From contig JARKSN010000316.1 in the NCBI GenBank assembly GCA_029974275.1, positions 8,125 to 72,124 on the forward strand: a stretch of DNA of 64,000 bases, given 5' to 3'. Position numbers and translations under genes: made by a program. Below are positions 1-9,632 of the stretch, one piece after another. This DNA comes from Candidatus Hydrogenedentota bacterium. Its GTDB lineage: Bacteria; Hydrogenedentota; Hydrogenedentia; Hydrogenedentales; SLHB01. Below the pieces are notes generated by a model. It ran no database searches, was not told where the DNA came from, and was given only the letters and a program-made list of their open reading frames with translations. The first letter of the stretch is position 1. Every line of letters starts with the position of its first letter.

Positions 1-632
1 GCGGCGGGCGCGATGCGGTTCCATATCCACTGGGACAGTATTTCCGACGTGGCGTTTTCGAGGCCGGGCACGTCATTCAAACAGCGGTGATCCAGGCGAC
101 AATATACGTTATGGAGCGGTTCAAGCAATGGGTCGATCTGCGCCGCGGCGACCTCTACCCGGTAACTATGCCCATGCAGTCGATGGCACTTGTGGCCTTC
201 GGGGGTCATGGGCAGATGATGGGCCGCCTCGAACGAAAAACCGACGCGCACAGGCAATTCCTGCCACGGATCGGCGTCAAGCACGCAGGGCCGGTATGCG
301 CAATCGCCCATGATACGCACGCGCACATCCCGTAAACTTGGCACGGCGGCGCACAGCTTTCCGGAAAGCCATTTCCGCACGCTCCCCAACGTCGTATCCG
401 GCAAATCCACGATCCCTTCCAGCGAATGGTGGTCCATCGTTTCGTACAGCGGGCGGAAGGCCTTTTTGATGTCGCCAAAATCCACAACCCAGCCCGCCGC
501 GGGGTTTACCTCGCCTTCGACAACGACGTCGATGCGGTAACTGTGCCCATGGATGCGCGATGTCTTGTCGTCGCCGTGCGCGTTGACGTGGGCGGACTCG
601 ACGAAGAATTGTTTGACTAATTCGCTGCGCAC
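1..632 (-). CDS. queD: Tandem two-domain 6-carboxytetrahydropterin synthase (QueD/PTPS), 3' end runs off the window
   Basis: Not in the ORF track. Manual translation from GTG at 632, directly after the queE stop: MRSELVKQFFVESAH...RIHGHSYRIDVVVEGEVNPAAGWVVDFGDIKKAFRPL...DHH, then a second domain FSFEAAHHLPMTPEGHKCHRLHGHSY...LDHRCLNDVPGLENATSEILSQWIW. Frame stays open to the window edge. Confidence 0.9.
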   Translation of the reverse strand, partial: MRSELVKQFFVESAHVNAHGDDKTSRIHGHSYRIDVVVEGEVNPAAGWVVDFGDIKKAFRPLYETMDHHSLEGIVDLPDTTLGSVRKWLSGKLCAAVPSLRDVRVRIMGDCAYRPCVLDADPWQELPVRVGFSFEAAHHLPMTPEGHKCHRLHGHSYRVEVAAAQIDPLLEPLHNVYCRLDHRCLNDVPGLENATSEILSQWIWNRIAPA

Positions 633-1304
633 TTACACGCCTCTTTGAGCCGGATGCCAGACAATTTTATGCAGTTGAAGCTGAAACCGAACCGGAAGTC
701 CATCCTCGAGAATCCACGCCGCCAAATCGCGCGGCGCTATCGCATCCAATACCGGCGAGAATAAAACCTCCTTACAGAGAGACGTCAGATCATACCGCGA
801 AACGACATCCCGGCTCCACTCGTAATCGGCCCGGTCGGCGATGACGAATTTTACCTCGTCGCGCGGCGTCAAGCGTGCGACGTTCGCCCAATCGTTGCGG
901 CCGCATTCGCCGCTGCCGGGGCACTTCAAGTCCATAATGCGGATCACCGTATCGGGCAAGCGATCGATCGGCAAGGCGCCGCAGGTCTCGCACAGCGTCG
1001 TAAATCCCTTTTCTATAAGCAGTTGAGCCAACGGCGGGCAGCCTTCCTGCAACAGCGGCTCGCCGCCGGTAATCTCGACCAGGCGACAATCGTGGCCCGT
1101 GCACCACGCAACCACTTCTTCGAGGGACATTTCCATGCCGTTTTCCCGCGCATGGGGCGTATCGCACCAGATGCAGTGGAGATCACATCCCGCCAAGCGC
1201 ACGAACAGACACGGCAATCCCGCCCACGACGACTCCCCCTGGATGCTATAAAAAAGCTCCGCTACCGTGACGTTCATGACGGCGTCCTTTGATTTCGTGT
1301 CCAA
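633..1304 (-). CDS. queE: 7-carboxy-7-deazaguanine synthase (radical SAM)
   Basis: ELFYSIQGES, CDLHCIWCD (CxxxCxxC), ITGGEPLLQ, FQLQLHK; adjacent to queD. True start may be ATG at 1277. Confidence 0.92.
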   Translation of the reverse strand: MDTKSKDAVMNVTVAELFYSIQGESSWAGLPCLFVRLAGCDLHCIWCDTPHARENGMEMSLEEVVAWCTGHDCRLVEITGGEPLLQEGCPPLAQLLIEKGFTTLCETCGALPIDRLPDTVIRIMDLKCPGSGECGRNDWANVARLTPRDEVKFVIADRADYEWSRDVVSRYDLTSLCKEVLFSPVLDAIAPRDLAAWILEDGLPVRFQLQLHKIVWHPAQRGV

Positions 1305-1319
1305 GGCTACGGCAATCGG

Positions 1320-1598
1320 TTAACGGACGACCGATGCGAGCAGCGACGCGCCCATTTCGCGCACTATCCAAACGGCAAACAAGACCGCAGCGGGAGCGAA
1401 ATCCACGGGGCCCAGCGGCGGCAGTTTTCGGCGCGCAAAACCGAACGCGGGATCCGTGATGCGGCATATCCAACGGAACCGCCCGTACAGATCAATCTCC
1501 AGATAAGATCCAAACCATCGAAGCAAAACAAACAACATGTACAGGGTGCACAAATTGAAGAACCCTCGGGGAAGCATTGCTAGCATCGTGGTCGTCAT
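1320..1598 (-). CDS. yggT: YggT family membrane protein
   Basis: Small hydrophobic protein with ITDP...RRKLPPLGPVDFAP signature. Confidence 0.8.
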   Translation of the reverse strand: MTTTMLAMLPRGFFNLCTLYMLFVLLRWFGSYLEIDLYGRFRWICRITDPAFGFARRKLPPLGPVDFAPAAVLFAVWIVREMGASLLASVVR

Positions 1599-2152
1599 GT
1601 GAATGCGAACTCCTCGATCGGCGTGTACACAGGGCCGTGCGGCGTGAGGCGGCTGTGAAATAGGGTCATGCCGGAAACGACGAACGCCCCGGCGTCGAAA
1701 TCGCGTTCGGCGTGCAGCGCATCAGAGGCCTCCAGAGCGAAACGGCTGTCTCTTACGCGCGCCAACGTGACATGAGGATGAAACGCCTTGGTTTCCGCAG
1801 GCAGCCCTATCGCCTGAGCGGCCCGTTCGCTCAACTCCTGCGCTTGCACGAGGCTGGCATCCGAGGCAACGAGTCCAACCCATAGAACGCTTGGACGTCG
1901 CAGGCTGGGAAACGCTCCGACGCCCTGGACGCGAACCTCAAAGGGACGCAGCGATGTTGCTGCGTCACGCAGGGTCTGGCGCAATCGGACGGATTGGCCG
2001 TCGTCAATGTCGCCCAAGAACCGCAAGGTCAGGTGCATCCGGTTCGGGTGGACATACGTGATGCCCGGGAGCCGCGGCAACCGCTCGAGCAACCGAGCGA
2101 TCTCGTTTCGCACGGAATCGGGAAATTCGATGGCAACGAAACTGCGCACCAT
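1595..2152 (-). CDS. thpR: RNA 2',3'-cyclic phosphodiesterase (2H family, LigT)
   Basis: RSFVAI N-terminus, two HxT motifs (HLTLRFLG, PHVTLAR), C-terminal S.L...GPVY. Confidence 0.92.
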   Translation of the reverse strand: MVRSFVAIEFPDSVRNEIARLLERLPRLPGITYVHPNRMHLTLRFLGDIDDGQSVRLRQTLRDAATSLRPFEVRVQGVGAFPSLRRPSVLWVGLVASDASLVQAQELSERAAQAIGLPAETKAFHPHVTLARVRDSRFALEASDALHAERDFDAGAFVVSGMTLFHSRLTPHGPVYTPIEEFAFT

Positions 2153-2182
2153 GCTTTCTCCAGAAAAGCCGCTTTTCCCCGA

Positions 2183-2893
2183 TTATGCCTGGGGAGCGTT
2201 TGTAATAAGGCGGCTCCACGCGGCGTCATCGGCGCATGCCGGGGGAATGCCGATGTCGGCAACGGCGACGCGCCCAAGATACGCGGCGGCGGCGGGGTTG
2301 TCAAAACCTCTCTTGGGGAATTGAAACGTCACCGTCACGTCCGCGCGAACGCACGCCCCGCACGGCGCGCCCGCATCGGCGTCCAAACCCGAGGGAAGGT
2401 CCACGGCCACCGTTGCGACGTCGGGCCATGCTTCGATCGCCGCGCGCGGCGCGCCGCACACTTCGCCCGAAATGCCCGTTCCCAACAAGGCGTCGACGAT
2501 CACATCGCAGCAGGACATCCCCGCGATGGCGCTGCGGGCCGCGTCTTCATCCGGCGCCTCGATCGTTTGCCCGCCCAGTCGCTCGTACACGCGCAAGAAT
2601 AACGCCGCGTCGCCTTGGATGTTCGATGGGGACGCAATCAGCACAGTGCGCACACGATGCCCCGCGAGCAGGGCCAATCGCGCGACGACAAACCCGTCCC
2701 CGCCGTTGTTGCCTTTGCCGCACACCACGCCGATCGTGCTGGACTGCGGGGCATTCCGTTCGCACAGCAACGCCGACACCTCGCGAAACACGGCGCCCCC
2801 GGCGTTGTTCATGAGCACAACGCCGGGGATGCCAAGTTCTTCGATGCAGCGCCGGTCGGCCTCGCGCATCTGCGCGGCGGTCAGACTTCGCAT
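2183..2893 (-). CDS. nnrE: NAD(P)H-hydrate epimerase (YjeF N-terminal domain, unfused)
   Basis: CGKGNNGGDG, VDALLGTG, AVDLPSG, ADIGIP motifs. Confidence 0.9.
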   Translation of the reverse strand: MRSLTAAQMREADRRCIEELGIPGVVLMNNAGGAVFREVSALLCERNAPQSSTIGVVCGKGNNGGDGFVVARLALLAGHRVRTVLIASPSNIQGDAALFLRVYERLGGQTIEAPDEDAARSAIAGMSCCDVIVDALLGTGISGEVCGAPRAAIEAWPDVATVAVDLPSGLDADAGAPCGACVRADVTVTFQFPKRGFDNPAAAAYLGRVAVADIGIPPACADDAAWSRLITNAPQA

Positions 2894-2898
2894 GGCGG

Positions 2899-4365
2899 CT
2901 ACCTCTTGGTTTGCGCGCGATAGGTTACCGTGGCCTCGCCGTCTTTGGGCACGGTGACGGGGAACACCGCCGTCGCGGCGTCGCGCTTACTGAACTCCTG
3001 CGATTTCTCGAGGATGCGCCAATCGCCGTACATGCGCTCGACCACGTTTACCGTGACTTCCGTGTCCTTGTGATTGCGCACGACGATTTTGAACGCGCTT
3101 TCGCTGATGTTTTGGGCGGGTTGCTGGAAATCGGTCTGCGTGCGTTCCACGGCGATATCGAAGGCTTTGCCGATGCCCAAGCGCACTTCTTCGTTCTTCG
3201 GCGTATGCCTGATCCGGTCTTCGCCCGCGAATTGCAGTGCGCCGCTGCTGTCCTGCTTGTACACGCGCATCGTGCCCGCGGGCAGCGGAATGCCCAGATG
3301 CGCCTTCTCCGCGTTCATGAACTTCAATAGCACCGCGACGTCCTGCCTGATTGGCCCGGAATCCGGACGCATGAACGGCGTGAACAGGTCTTGGTCGCTC
3401 GACGTCTCGTATTCCTTCCTAATCCCCACTTGGGCCGCCGTCAGCAGGCTGATCTGCTTTGTCTGGTTTTGCTTGATGGTCGTGCGGCGCGGCACGGTGT
3501 AGAGATGGTACTCGGCGAAACTCTCTTCGCGCGGCGGGGCAGGCGCCATCATCCCCTCTGCATACCCCAACATGTCGGCTCGGACTTTGAGCTGCTGCGA
3601 GCGCGGCGCAAGATTCACGTCGCCCGCGACCAGTTTCAGCTCCGCGTTCGTGTACTCCGTGCCCGACTGGTTCGACAGCGTCACCCACCCCGCCAGGTCC
3701 ATCGTGGCGTCGTCCTTGGCGAGGGTCAGCACATAATCGACTTGCCACGTCACGCCGTCGGTGAGATAACTCACTTCGATCTTCTGGTTCGGCAGGGCGT
3801 TGTTCACCTCCCACACCAACGTGGGCTTGGCGATGAGGTTGGCCGGTATCTCCGGCAGCACGACGTTGCCGGGATGTCCCAAATAAATCCGATCGCCAAC
3901 TTTATAGATAGGCCCTTCGTTGTTGCTCAATAGGTCGGCGTCCACTTCTTGAAAGCCGATCTGGGTGCTGAAGTTCACAAGCTTCACTTTCTTTCCAACA
4001 TATTTTTCCATGAGTTTGTTCGGGCTCATCAGGTCGTATTCGTAATTCTGTTCGAGGATTGCAATCGACCCCGGCGCATCAAGCGATCGCAGGCTTACCG
4101 TCTCGGGGCGGATTTGCTGCGAAACGTCCATAAACTGGAGTTTGTGCTCGCCCGTTGGCGCCGACAGCGTGCGCACATCACGCACCAACGCGATGCCGCT
4201 GTTGTACGCGGTGACTCCGACGTCCACCCGATCGGCGAGGGTGCTCGCCACTCCCGAAGGCGCTGTGGGCGCGGAGACGGACGGCGCGGACGCTACGGGC
4301 TCTTGAGCGCATGCCAGCGCCGCGATGAACAGAACGAGCATTGCCGTCACGAACGATGTTTTCAT
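2899..4365 (-). CDS. Secreted DUF4139-type protein
   Basis: Signal peptide; ALVRDVR, LEQNYEYDL, SYLT.G..W...Y, LKLVAGDVN, EYHLY, LPAGTMRVY. Confidence 0.75.
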   Translation of the reverse strand: MKTSFVTAMLVLFIAALACAQEPVASAPSVSAPTAPSGVASTLADRVDVGVTAYNSGIALVRDVRTLSAPTGEHKLQFMDVSQQIRPETVSLRSLDAPGSIAILEQNYEYDLMSPNKLMEKYVGKKVKLVNFSTQIGFQEVDADLLSNNEGPIYKVGDRIYLGHPGNVVLPEIPANLIAKPTLVWEVNNALPNQKIEVSYLTDGVTWQVDYVLTLAKDDATMDLAGWVTLSNQSGTEYTNAELKLVAGDVNLAPRSQQLKVRADMLGYAEGMMAPAPPREESFAEYHLYTVPRRTTIKQNQTKQISLLTAAQVGIRKEYETSSDQDLFTPFMRPDSGPIRQDVAVLLKFMNAEKAHLGIPLPAGTMRVYKQDSSGALQFAGEDRIRHTPKNEEVRLGIGKAFDIAVERTQTDFQQPAQNISESAFKIVVRNHKDTEVTVNVVERMYGDWRILEKSQEFSKRDAATAVFPVTVPKDGEATVTYRAQTKR

Positions 4366-4481
4366 AATGACATCTCCTTTCCTGACCGACCGGCGAGCCG
4401 CCGGTCCTTTTCTGCAGGATCATCTTAGCACACGGCGTCTTCTTGGACACCGTCCGGGAAAGAAAAGTTCGGCAGGGCGCG

Positions 4482-4517
4482 AAAAAAAAACGACCTGCCG
4501 CATAAAAGGGCAGGCCG
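4482..4517 (-). terminator. Rho-independent terminator downstream of dnaA
   Basis: Minus strand CGGCCTGCC-loop-GGCAGGTCG hairpin followed by T9, about 20 nt after the dnaA stop. Confidence 0.8.
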
Positions 4518-4537
4518 GTGGTACGTTTTGCGATGGA

Positions 4538-5905
4538 TTACGCCTGGGCGACTTTTTGAAGATGCGCCAGCACTTGTCGGGTTTCGGGATTATTGCGCGC
4601 TTTTTCGGCGATCTGCTGGCACGCGTACAGCACGGTTGTGTGGTCCTTGCCGCCGAAAGCCTCTCCAATTTCGCTTAGGGACAGATTCGGCACGAGGTCT
4701 TTGCATAAGAACATGGCGAGTTGCCTTGGGAAAGACACTTGCCGCTGGCGATTGCGGCTTTTGAGATCAGCGATGCGAAGATCGAAATACTCCGCGACGG
4801 CCCGCTGAATGTTTTCGATCGTGACAGGCTTGATTTTTTCCCGCCCGATAAGGTCGTGCAACACGTCTTCCGCAACGTGCAGGGTGATCTTGCGTTCGGT
4901 CAGTTTCGCGTACGCGAGCAGCGTGATGAGCGTGCCTTCGAGCTCGCGGATATTCGTGGCGACGTAGGTCGCGATGTAGCGGAGGACATCCGCGGGAACG
5001 ACGGCGTTTTCCTCTGCCGCCTTGTTCTGCAGGATGGCCACGCGCGTCTCGAGATCGGGGGGCTGAATATCCGTCACCAACCCCCACTCGAAGCGCGAGA
5101 GCAAGCGATCCTCCAATCCATTGATTTCCTTGGGTTGTCGATCGCTCGACAGGACGATTTGCTTATGCATGTCGAACAAGGCGTTGAACGTGTGGAAAAA
5201 TTCTTCCTGCGTGGCTTCCTTGCCCGCGATGAAATGAATGTCGTCGATCAGGAGCACGTCCACCTTGCGAAAACGCGCACGGAATTTTTGCGTCGATTTC
5301 TTCGCGATGCTTTCGATCAGTTGATTCGTGAAATCTTCCGACGAAATGAAGGCAACGCTGGCCTCGGGCCTGCGTTGAAGGACTTCTTGGCCGATGGCTT
5401 GCATCAGATGCGTCTTGCCAAGCCCGGTATCGCCGTACAGGAACAACGGGTTGTACGCGCGCGCCGGACTCTCGGCGACCGCACGCGCCGCCGCATGGGC
5501 AAAACGATTGCCCGCGCCGATGACGAAACGGTCAAAGGTGTAGCGATGATTGAATCCGTCAAAACGTTGATCCACGCGCGCCAGCGGGCGCTTGGGCGTT
5601 TGCGACCTATTGCTGGGTTTTCCTGCAGGACCGTCCTGCGGCGCAGGGGGCATGTCCGTGACTGGGCGGAAAAACACTTCGACAAAGCCGGGACTGCATT
5701 CGCGCATGCAATCGGAGATGGCCTCGATGTAATGATCGCGAAGCCAATCCGCGAAAAACTGACTCGGCACTCCTATGGTCAACGATCCGTTATCGTAGGA
5801 AACAAACCGGGTCTGAGAAAACCAATTCTTGTAGCTATGTTCATCGAGTCGTTCTTGCAAGCGGGTCTGCGCCAATTCCCAAGGATTATGTTTATCCGAT
5901 ACCAT
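4538..5905 (-). CDS. dnaA: Chromosomal replication initiator DnaA
   Basis: YNPLFLYGDTGLGKTHL (Walker A), LLIDDIHF, QEEFFHTFN, SRFEWGL, FGGKDHTTV. Start placed at the ATG with a GGGAG RBS. Confidence 0.98.
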   Translation of the reverse strand: MVSDKHNPWELAQTRLQERLDEHSYKNWFSQTRFVSYDNGSLTIGVPSQFFADWLRDHYIEAISDCMRECSPGFVEVFFRPVTDMPPAPQDGPAGKPSNRSQTPKRPLARVDQRFDGFNHRYTFDRFVIGAGNRFAHAAARAVAESPARAYNPLFLYGDTGLGKTHLMQAIGQEVLQRRPEASVAFISSEDFTNQLIESIAKKSTQKFRARFRKVDVLLIDDIHFIAGKEATQEEFFHTFNALFDMHKQIVLSSDRQPKEINGLEDRLLSRFEWGLVTDIQPPDLETRVAILQNKAAEENAVVPADVLRYIATYVATNIRELEGTLITLLAYAKLTERKITLHVAEDVLHDLIGREKIKPVTIENIQRAVAEYFDLRIADLKSRNRQRQVSFPRQLAMFLCKDLVPNLSLSEIGEAFGGKDHTTVLYACQQIAEKARNNPETRQVLAHLQKVAQA

Positions 5906-6163
5906 AGCCGCTCCCTGCATCAAGCGTCTGCCTCGTCTCCGAGAAGATTAAAGAATAAGCGCAGGCTGGGCGTCTCTTCCGGACATTTCGAAAGCGAAAT
6001 GTTGCGTGCGAGCAGTCTTCCCAACCGCAATTTGAATCGCTCCCCCTGCCGGCGTTCCGTTGGTTTCTGTTCCTGCGTTACGTCTTGCATTCGTGCACAA
6101 CGCGCCGCGCACCCCACCCTTGGGAACGCCTCCAAACGCTACGCCCCCGTCGTTGCGCGAGCG

Positions 6164-6218
6164 TTATCCACACGTTATTCACAGGTTATTCACATGTTGT
6201 CCACAGGCCTATAAACAG
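6164..6218 (+). promoter_or_regulatory. DnaA-box cluster / probable oriC
   Basis: TTATCCACA (6164-72), TTATTCACA (6175-83), TTATTCACA (6186-94), TTGTCCACA (6197-6205), all the same orientation, followed by GGCC-TAT-AAA-CAG; intergenic, upstream of dnaA. Confidence 0.85.
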
Positions 6219-6233
6219 GGCCTTTTCGCAACA

Positions 6234-6746
6234 TCAGGGGAGCGAGTTTGCCCCATCATCGGCCCCTTTGTCAAGGGGTTGATTATTCCCCGTACCGCAA
6301 AGGCCGCCGCTTCGCTTGATGCGCTGCCAGATCGCGTCTAACTCGGCAGGTTGGCAATCGGTCACAACGCGTCGCGAACCGTCGACTTCCGCCTCGAGTC
6401 GGGCAAAGCGATGCTGGAATCGTCGCGCAGCCGCGGCAAGCTCGCGTGCAGGATCGACGCCAAGAAAGCGGGCGAGGTTCACGGCCGTGAAGAGCAAGTC
6501 TCCTAATTCAGCCGCGGCCTCCTCGCGAGCAGAACGGCCAAGGGCCTCCTCAATTTCAGCGATTTCTTCGTGGATTTTCTCGGTCACGCCGGAAACATGG
6601 TCCCAATCGAATCCTGCGCGCGCCGCGTCCGCTTGAACGCGCCACGCCGTCTTGAAGGGTTCCGGCAGATCATGAGGAATGGGAACGGCGGCCCCGCACA
6701 CTGTGGGTTCTGGCAATGCGACGCCCTCCGCTTGTATGTGTCGCAC
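6234..6746 (-). CDS. mazG: MazG-family nucleotide pyrophosphohydrolase (single C-terminal-type domain)
   Basis: AARAGFDW...KIHEEIAEI...ELGDLLFTAVNLAR...F..RF...LDAIW. Confidence 0.82.
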   Translation of the reverse strand: MRHIQAEGVALPEPTVCGAAVPIPHDLPEPFKTAWRVQADAARAGFDWDHVSGVTEKIHEEIAEIEEALGRSAREEAAAELGDLLFTAVNLARFLGVDPARELAAAARRFQHRFARLEAEVDGSRRVVTDCQPAELDAIWQRIKRSGGLCGTGNNQPLDKGADDGANSLP

Positions 6747-7026
6747 CTGAGACGAGAGCCTTCAATGTTTCTCTTGGGACGGCGGCAATGGGAACTGCAC
6801 GATACGCGCCCCAACGCAGTATAGCAATGAAAGAGAAAATGCGCAACAGGAATGTGGGGCGCGTTTGGAGTCAGAGCGCGAGAGGAGTATGATTCCGTGA
6901 CTCTCACGGCATGGCTGCGCGAAACCAGGTTTTCCGGTCTCGGCATCACAACGTCGATTCTCGACTGCGTCGAGCGACGTGCGGCAGGGCGCGTAACGCG
7001 CATATCACCATGGAGGAAAGCGACGC

Positions 7027-9615
7027 ATGAAAAAAGGATCTCAATGTAGGATTGCGGCAGCGTGTGCCGTTGCCTGTCTGGCAGCGTTCGGAGCGTTTGC
7101 CCAGAACGACTCGCCGGTCTTCGATATCCCGTACGTTGGCAAGATGGAAGTGGATGGCCTTGGCGATCATTGGGGGGGGAAAGGCTTCAACGTCAACGTG
7201 ATGGTTGGCAAGACTGGCAACTACCAGACGCCGGGCAACTTCGATCCGCGTTTCCGTCTCGGCTGGAACGAAGAGGGGTTGCTGGTTTTTGTCACGGTGG
7301 TCGATGATATCCGTGAAGAGACGAAGGACGAGACTCTCCTGTGGGATCGCGACTCGATGGAGATCTTTGTCGCCAAAAAGCGCGGCTCGCAAGAACTGAT
7401 GCACATCGTGTTGACGCCCGGACAGATGCCCGAATTCCCGGGCGTTCGCTCCAAGCTCTTAGGGTTTCGCACCAGCGCGCCGCCGAAGCCGTTCACCGCA
7501 ACCATCGTCAGTGCGCCGGCGCATGACGGGTTCGCGTACACCGTCGAGGCCATGATCCCCTGGTCGAATCTTGGCATCGACGCCAAGCATGGAACGGAGT
7601 TCGGTTTTCAGATTTTTGTGAACGATGGCGACAAGACCCCGGCCCGGTTCCAGGCGGTGTGGTATCCGAAAACGCGCACGCACGAGAACCCCGATGCCAT
7701 GCACCGCGTTCGTCTGGCCGCTGAAGGCAGCCCGGACATTAACGCCAGCATCCGCGGCGACTATGACAATTTCGGGCGTTTCCGCATCGGCGTCGTCACG
7801 GCTGCGCCCATGGCGGGCAAGGAAGTCACGGTCACGGACGGGCAGAAGTTGCTCGGTTCGGGCCCGTTGCTGCTGAACAACGAGCGCGCTTCGCGCATCG
7901 TATACGCGCCGCTGCCGAAGATTGGCGAAAAATCCGGTGTCGCGCTTGTCCATGTTGATGGCAAGAAGGCCGCCGAACTGCCTATGCCGAGCCCGGATGA
8001 TCTACGCACGCGGTTTTTGTTGACGGCGCAGATCGTGTTTGACCCCTTTGTCTTCAGGGGCACGGCGTTTCCGACGCCCGACTTTGCCGACCCTGTGACC
8101 GCAGCGAACTATCTCGGCAATTACACGATCAGCACGAAGTTCTGTGACAAAGACTTCAACCTTGTGACCGCCGCCAAAGAGCCGGGCCGCTACGGCGCGG
8201 TTGTCGAGATTACCCCGGAGAACGGCAAGCCGTTTCACCGTTTTCGCACGGTCTATCGTATGCCCGCCGCGTTTGAAGACGTGAGCTGGGGCTTTTTTAA
8301 CAGCGATGCGTCGGTCGCGCTTCCGCCGGAGTTGGGGATTGAGCCTGCCGTCGAGGAGTCCAATTCCTGGATGCTCGATAACTACATGCATCGCTTGTTC
8401 GAGGACGCGTTCACCAACGATCCGCGGTGGGCCGGGATCTTGGCTGGGCTTGCGGATTCGCAGGCCCCTGCGACGCCCGGCCCCTTTGTCGCCGGGAACA
8501 ACGCCAAGGCTGTTGAGCGGCAGTGGTGGGTCGATTTCAAGCGTCATTACTACGGCACGGACAAAGAGTTCGCGAAGCCGTTCGAATGCCCTCGCCCGAT
8601 CGAAGGGCCGCCTGCCCCTGTCGTGAAAAAGGGATCGGCGAAACAGGCCGGCATGAAGAAGGACGTCGTCAAGAACATCGACGCGATCTGCACAGAATGG
8701 GCGAAGGAGAGCAAGGAGCCGTTCGGCGTGTGCATCGTGCGCAACGGCGTCATGTTCTTCCACAAGGCGTACGGCGAGAAATACGGCAAGCCGATGACCA
8801 CCGAGACGAAAACGTGGATGGCCTCGATCTCGAAGATGCTTGGCGGCACGCAGATGATGATGCTGGTGGACCAGGGAATCGTCGATCTCGACGCGCCGAT
8901 CGATGCGTATTTGCCGACGTTCCGCAACATCCCGGTCGAGACGCCGATCACCACGCGGCATTTGTTCACGCACACCGCCGGCACCTGGATGGGCCTCACG
9001 CAGAAGGGCTTCTATCCCGATCACTGGGGCGACGAGTGGAACGACCTCGAAGAGCTGATGTCGGAAGCCTACCCGACCTTGAAGGTCGGCAAGATTCAGG
9101 CCTACAACGGCCTCGGCTACGCCATTGCGGGCAAGATCATCGAGACGGTCACCGGCGAGGCGCAACCTTGCTACGCGAAAAAGCATTTCCTCGATCCGCT
9201 CGGCTGCACGCATACCGACATTGTCGACATGTCGGCGTATACGCGCAGTGTGCCGATGGATATGGCCAAGATCGGCCAGATGCTGCTGAACAAAGGCGCT
9301 TATGGCAACATGCGGTTCTTCAGCGAAGAGACCTTCAACAAAATGATGCCGGAGAAACAGACGAAACTGCTGGGCCCGAGCACGGACCTGGTGTGGGGCA
9401 TCGGCACGGTGTGGATGCCCGAACCGGGCCTCAGCCCCAAGACCTTCGCGCACGGCGCGGCGTCATCGGCCACGCTCCGTATCGACCCGGAGAACCAACT
9501 CGTCATCGTCATGACGCGCAACACCGCCGGGCCGAAATTCAACGACTATCACCCGAAATTCATCAAGGCCATTGTGGACGGCATGGTGAATCCGTGGGTG
9601 CCCCCGGCGAAATAG
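7027..9615 (+). CDS. Secreted CBM9-like sugar-binding domain fused to a serine hydrolase (beta-lactamase/PBP-like fold)
   Basis: Signal peptide; VDG.G..W, LWDRDSMEIF, YTVEAMIPW, GFQIFVNDGD (CBM9-like); C-terminal ASISK (SxxK), LFTHTAG, FAHGA. Confidence 0.75.
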   Translation: MKKGSQCRIAAACAVACLAAFGAFAQNDSPVFDIPYVGKMEVDGLGDHWGGKGFNVNVMVGKTGNYQTPGNFDPRFRLGWNEEGLLVFVTVVDDIREETKDETLLWDRDSMEIFVAKKRGSQELMHIVLTPGQMPEFPGVRSKLLGFRTSAPPKPFTATIVSAPAHDGFAYTVEAMIPWSNLGIDAKHGTEFGFQIFVNDGDKTPARFQAVWYPKTRTHENPDAMHRVRLAAEGSPDINASIRGDYDNFGRFRIGVVTAAPMAGKEVTVTDGQKLLGSGPLLLNNERASRIVYAPLPKIGEKSGVALVHVDGKKAAELPMPSPDDLRTRFLLTAQIVFDPFVFRGTAFPTPDFADPVTAANYLGNYTISTKFCDKDFNLVTAAKEPGRYGAVVEITPENGKPFHRFRTVYRMPAAFEDVSWGFFNSDASVALPPELGIEPAVEESNSWMLDNYMHRLFEDAFTNDPRWAGILAGLADSQAPATPGPFVAGNNAKAVERQWWVDFKRHYYGTDKEFAKPFECPRPIEGPPAPVVKKGSAKQAGMKKDVVKNIDAICTEWAKESKEPFGVCIVRNGVMFFHKAYGEKYGKPMTTETKTWMASISKMLGGTQMMMLVDQGIVDLDAPIDAYLPTFRNIPVETPITTRHLFTHTAGTWMGLTQKGFYPDHWGDEWNDLEELMSEAYPTLKVGKIQAYNGLGYAIAGKIIETVTGEAQPCYAKKHFLDPLGCTHTDIVDMSAYTRSVPMDMAKIGQMLLNKGAYGNMRFFSEETFNKMMPEKQTKLLGPSTDLVWGIGTVWMPEPGLSPKTFAHGAASSATLRIDPENQLVIVMTRNTAGPKFNDYHPKFIKAIVDGMVNPWVPPAK

Positions 9616-9632
9616 AGGAAAGCGGATCAACT

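Noticed and set aside
1..1304. queD/queE as part of a 7-deazaguanine DNA-modification (dpd) defence system
   Set aside because: No dpdA/TGT-like gene in the window and the context is housekeeping; tRNA queuosine synthesis is the simpler reading.
5920..6135. 71-aa ORF upstream of dnaA
   Set aside because: TTG start, no RBS or motif; more likely the dnaA leader/origin region. Not rpmH.
4721..6214. Long antisense/shadow ORFs (also 8002-9453, 12464-13876, 18003-19325, 22927-24114, 62046-63647, etc.)
   Set aside because: They mirror well-supported genes on the opposite strand, as expected from high-GC codon bias; no motifs.
7027..9615. Beta-lactam resistance gene
   Set aside because: The SxxK fold is shared by many esterases and peptidases; it lacks class C YxN/KTG motifs and has large extra domains.
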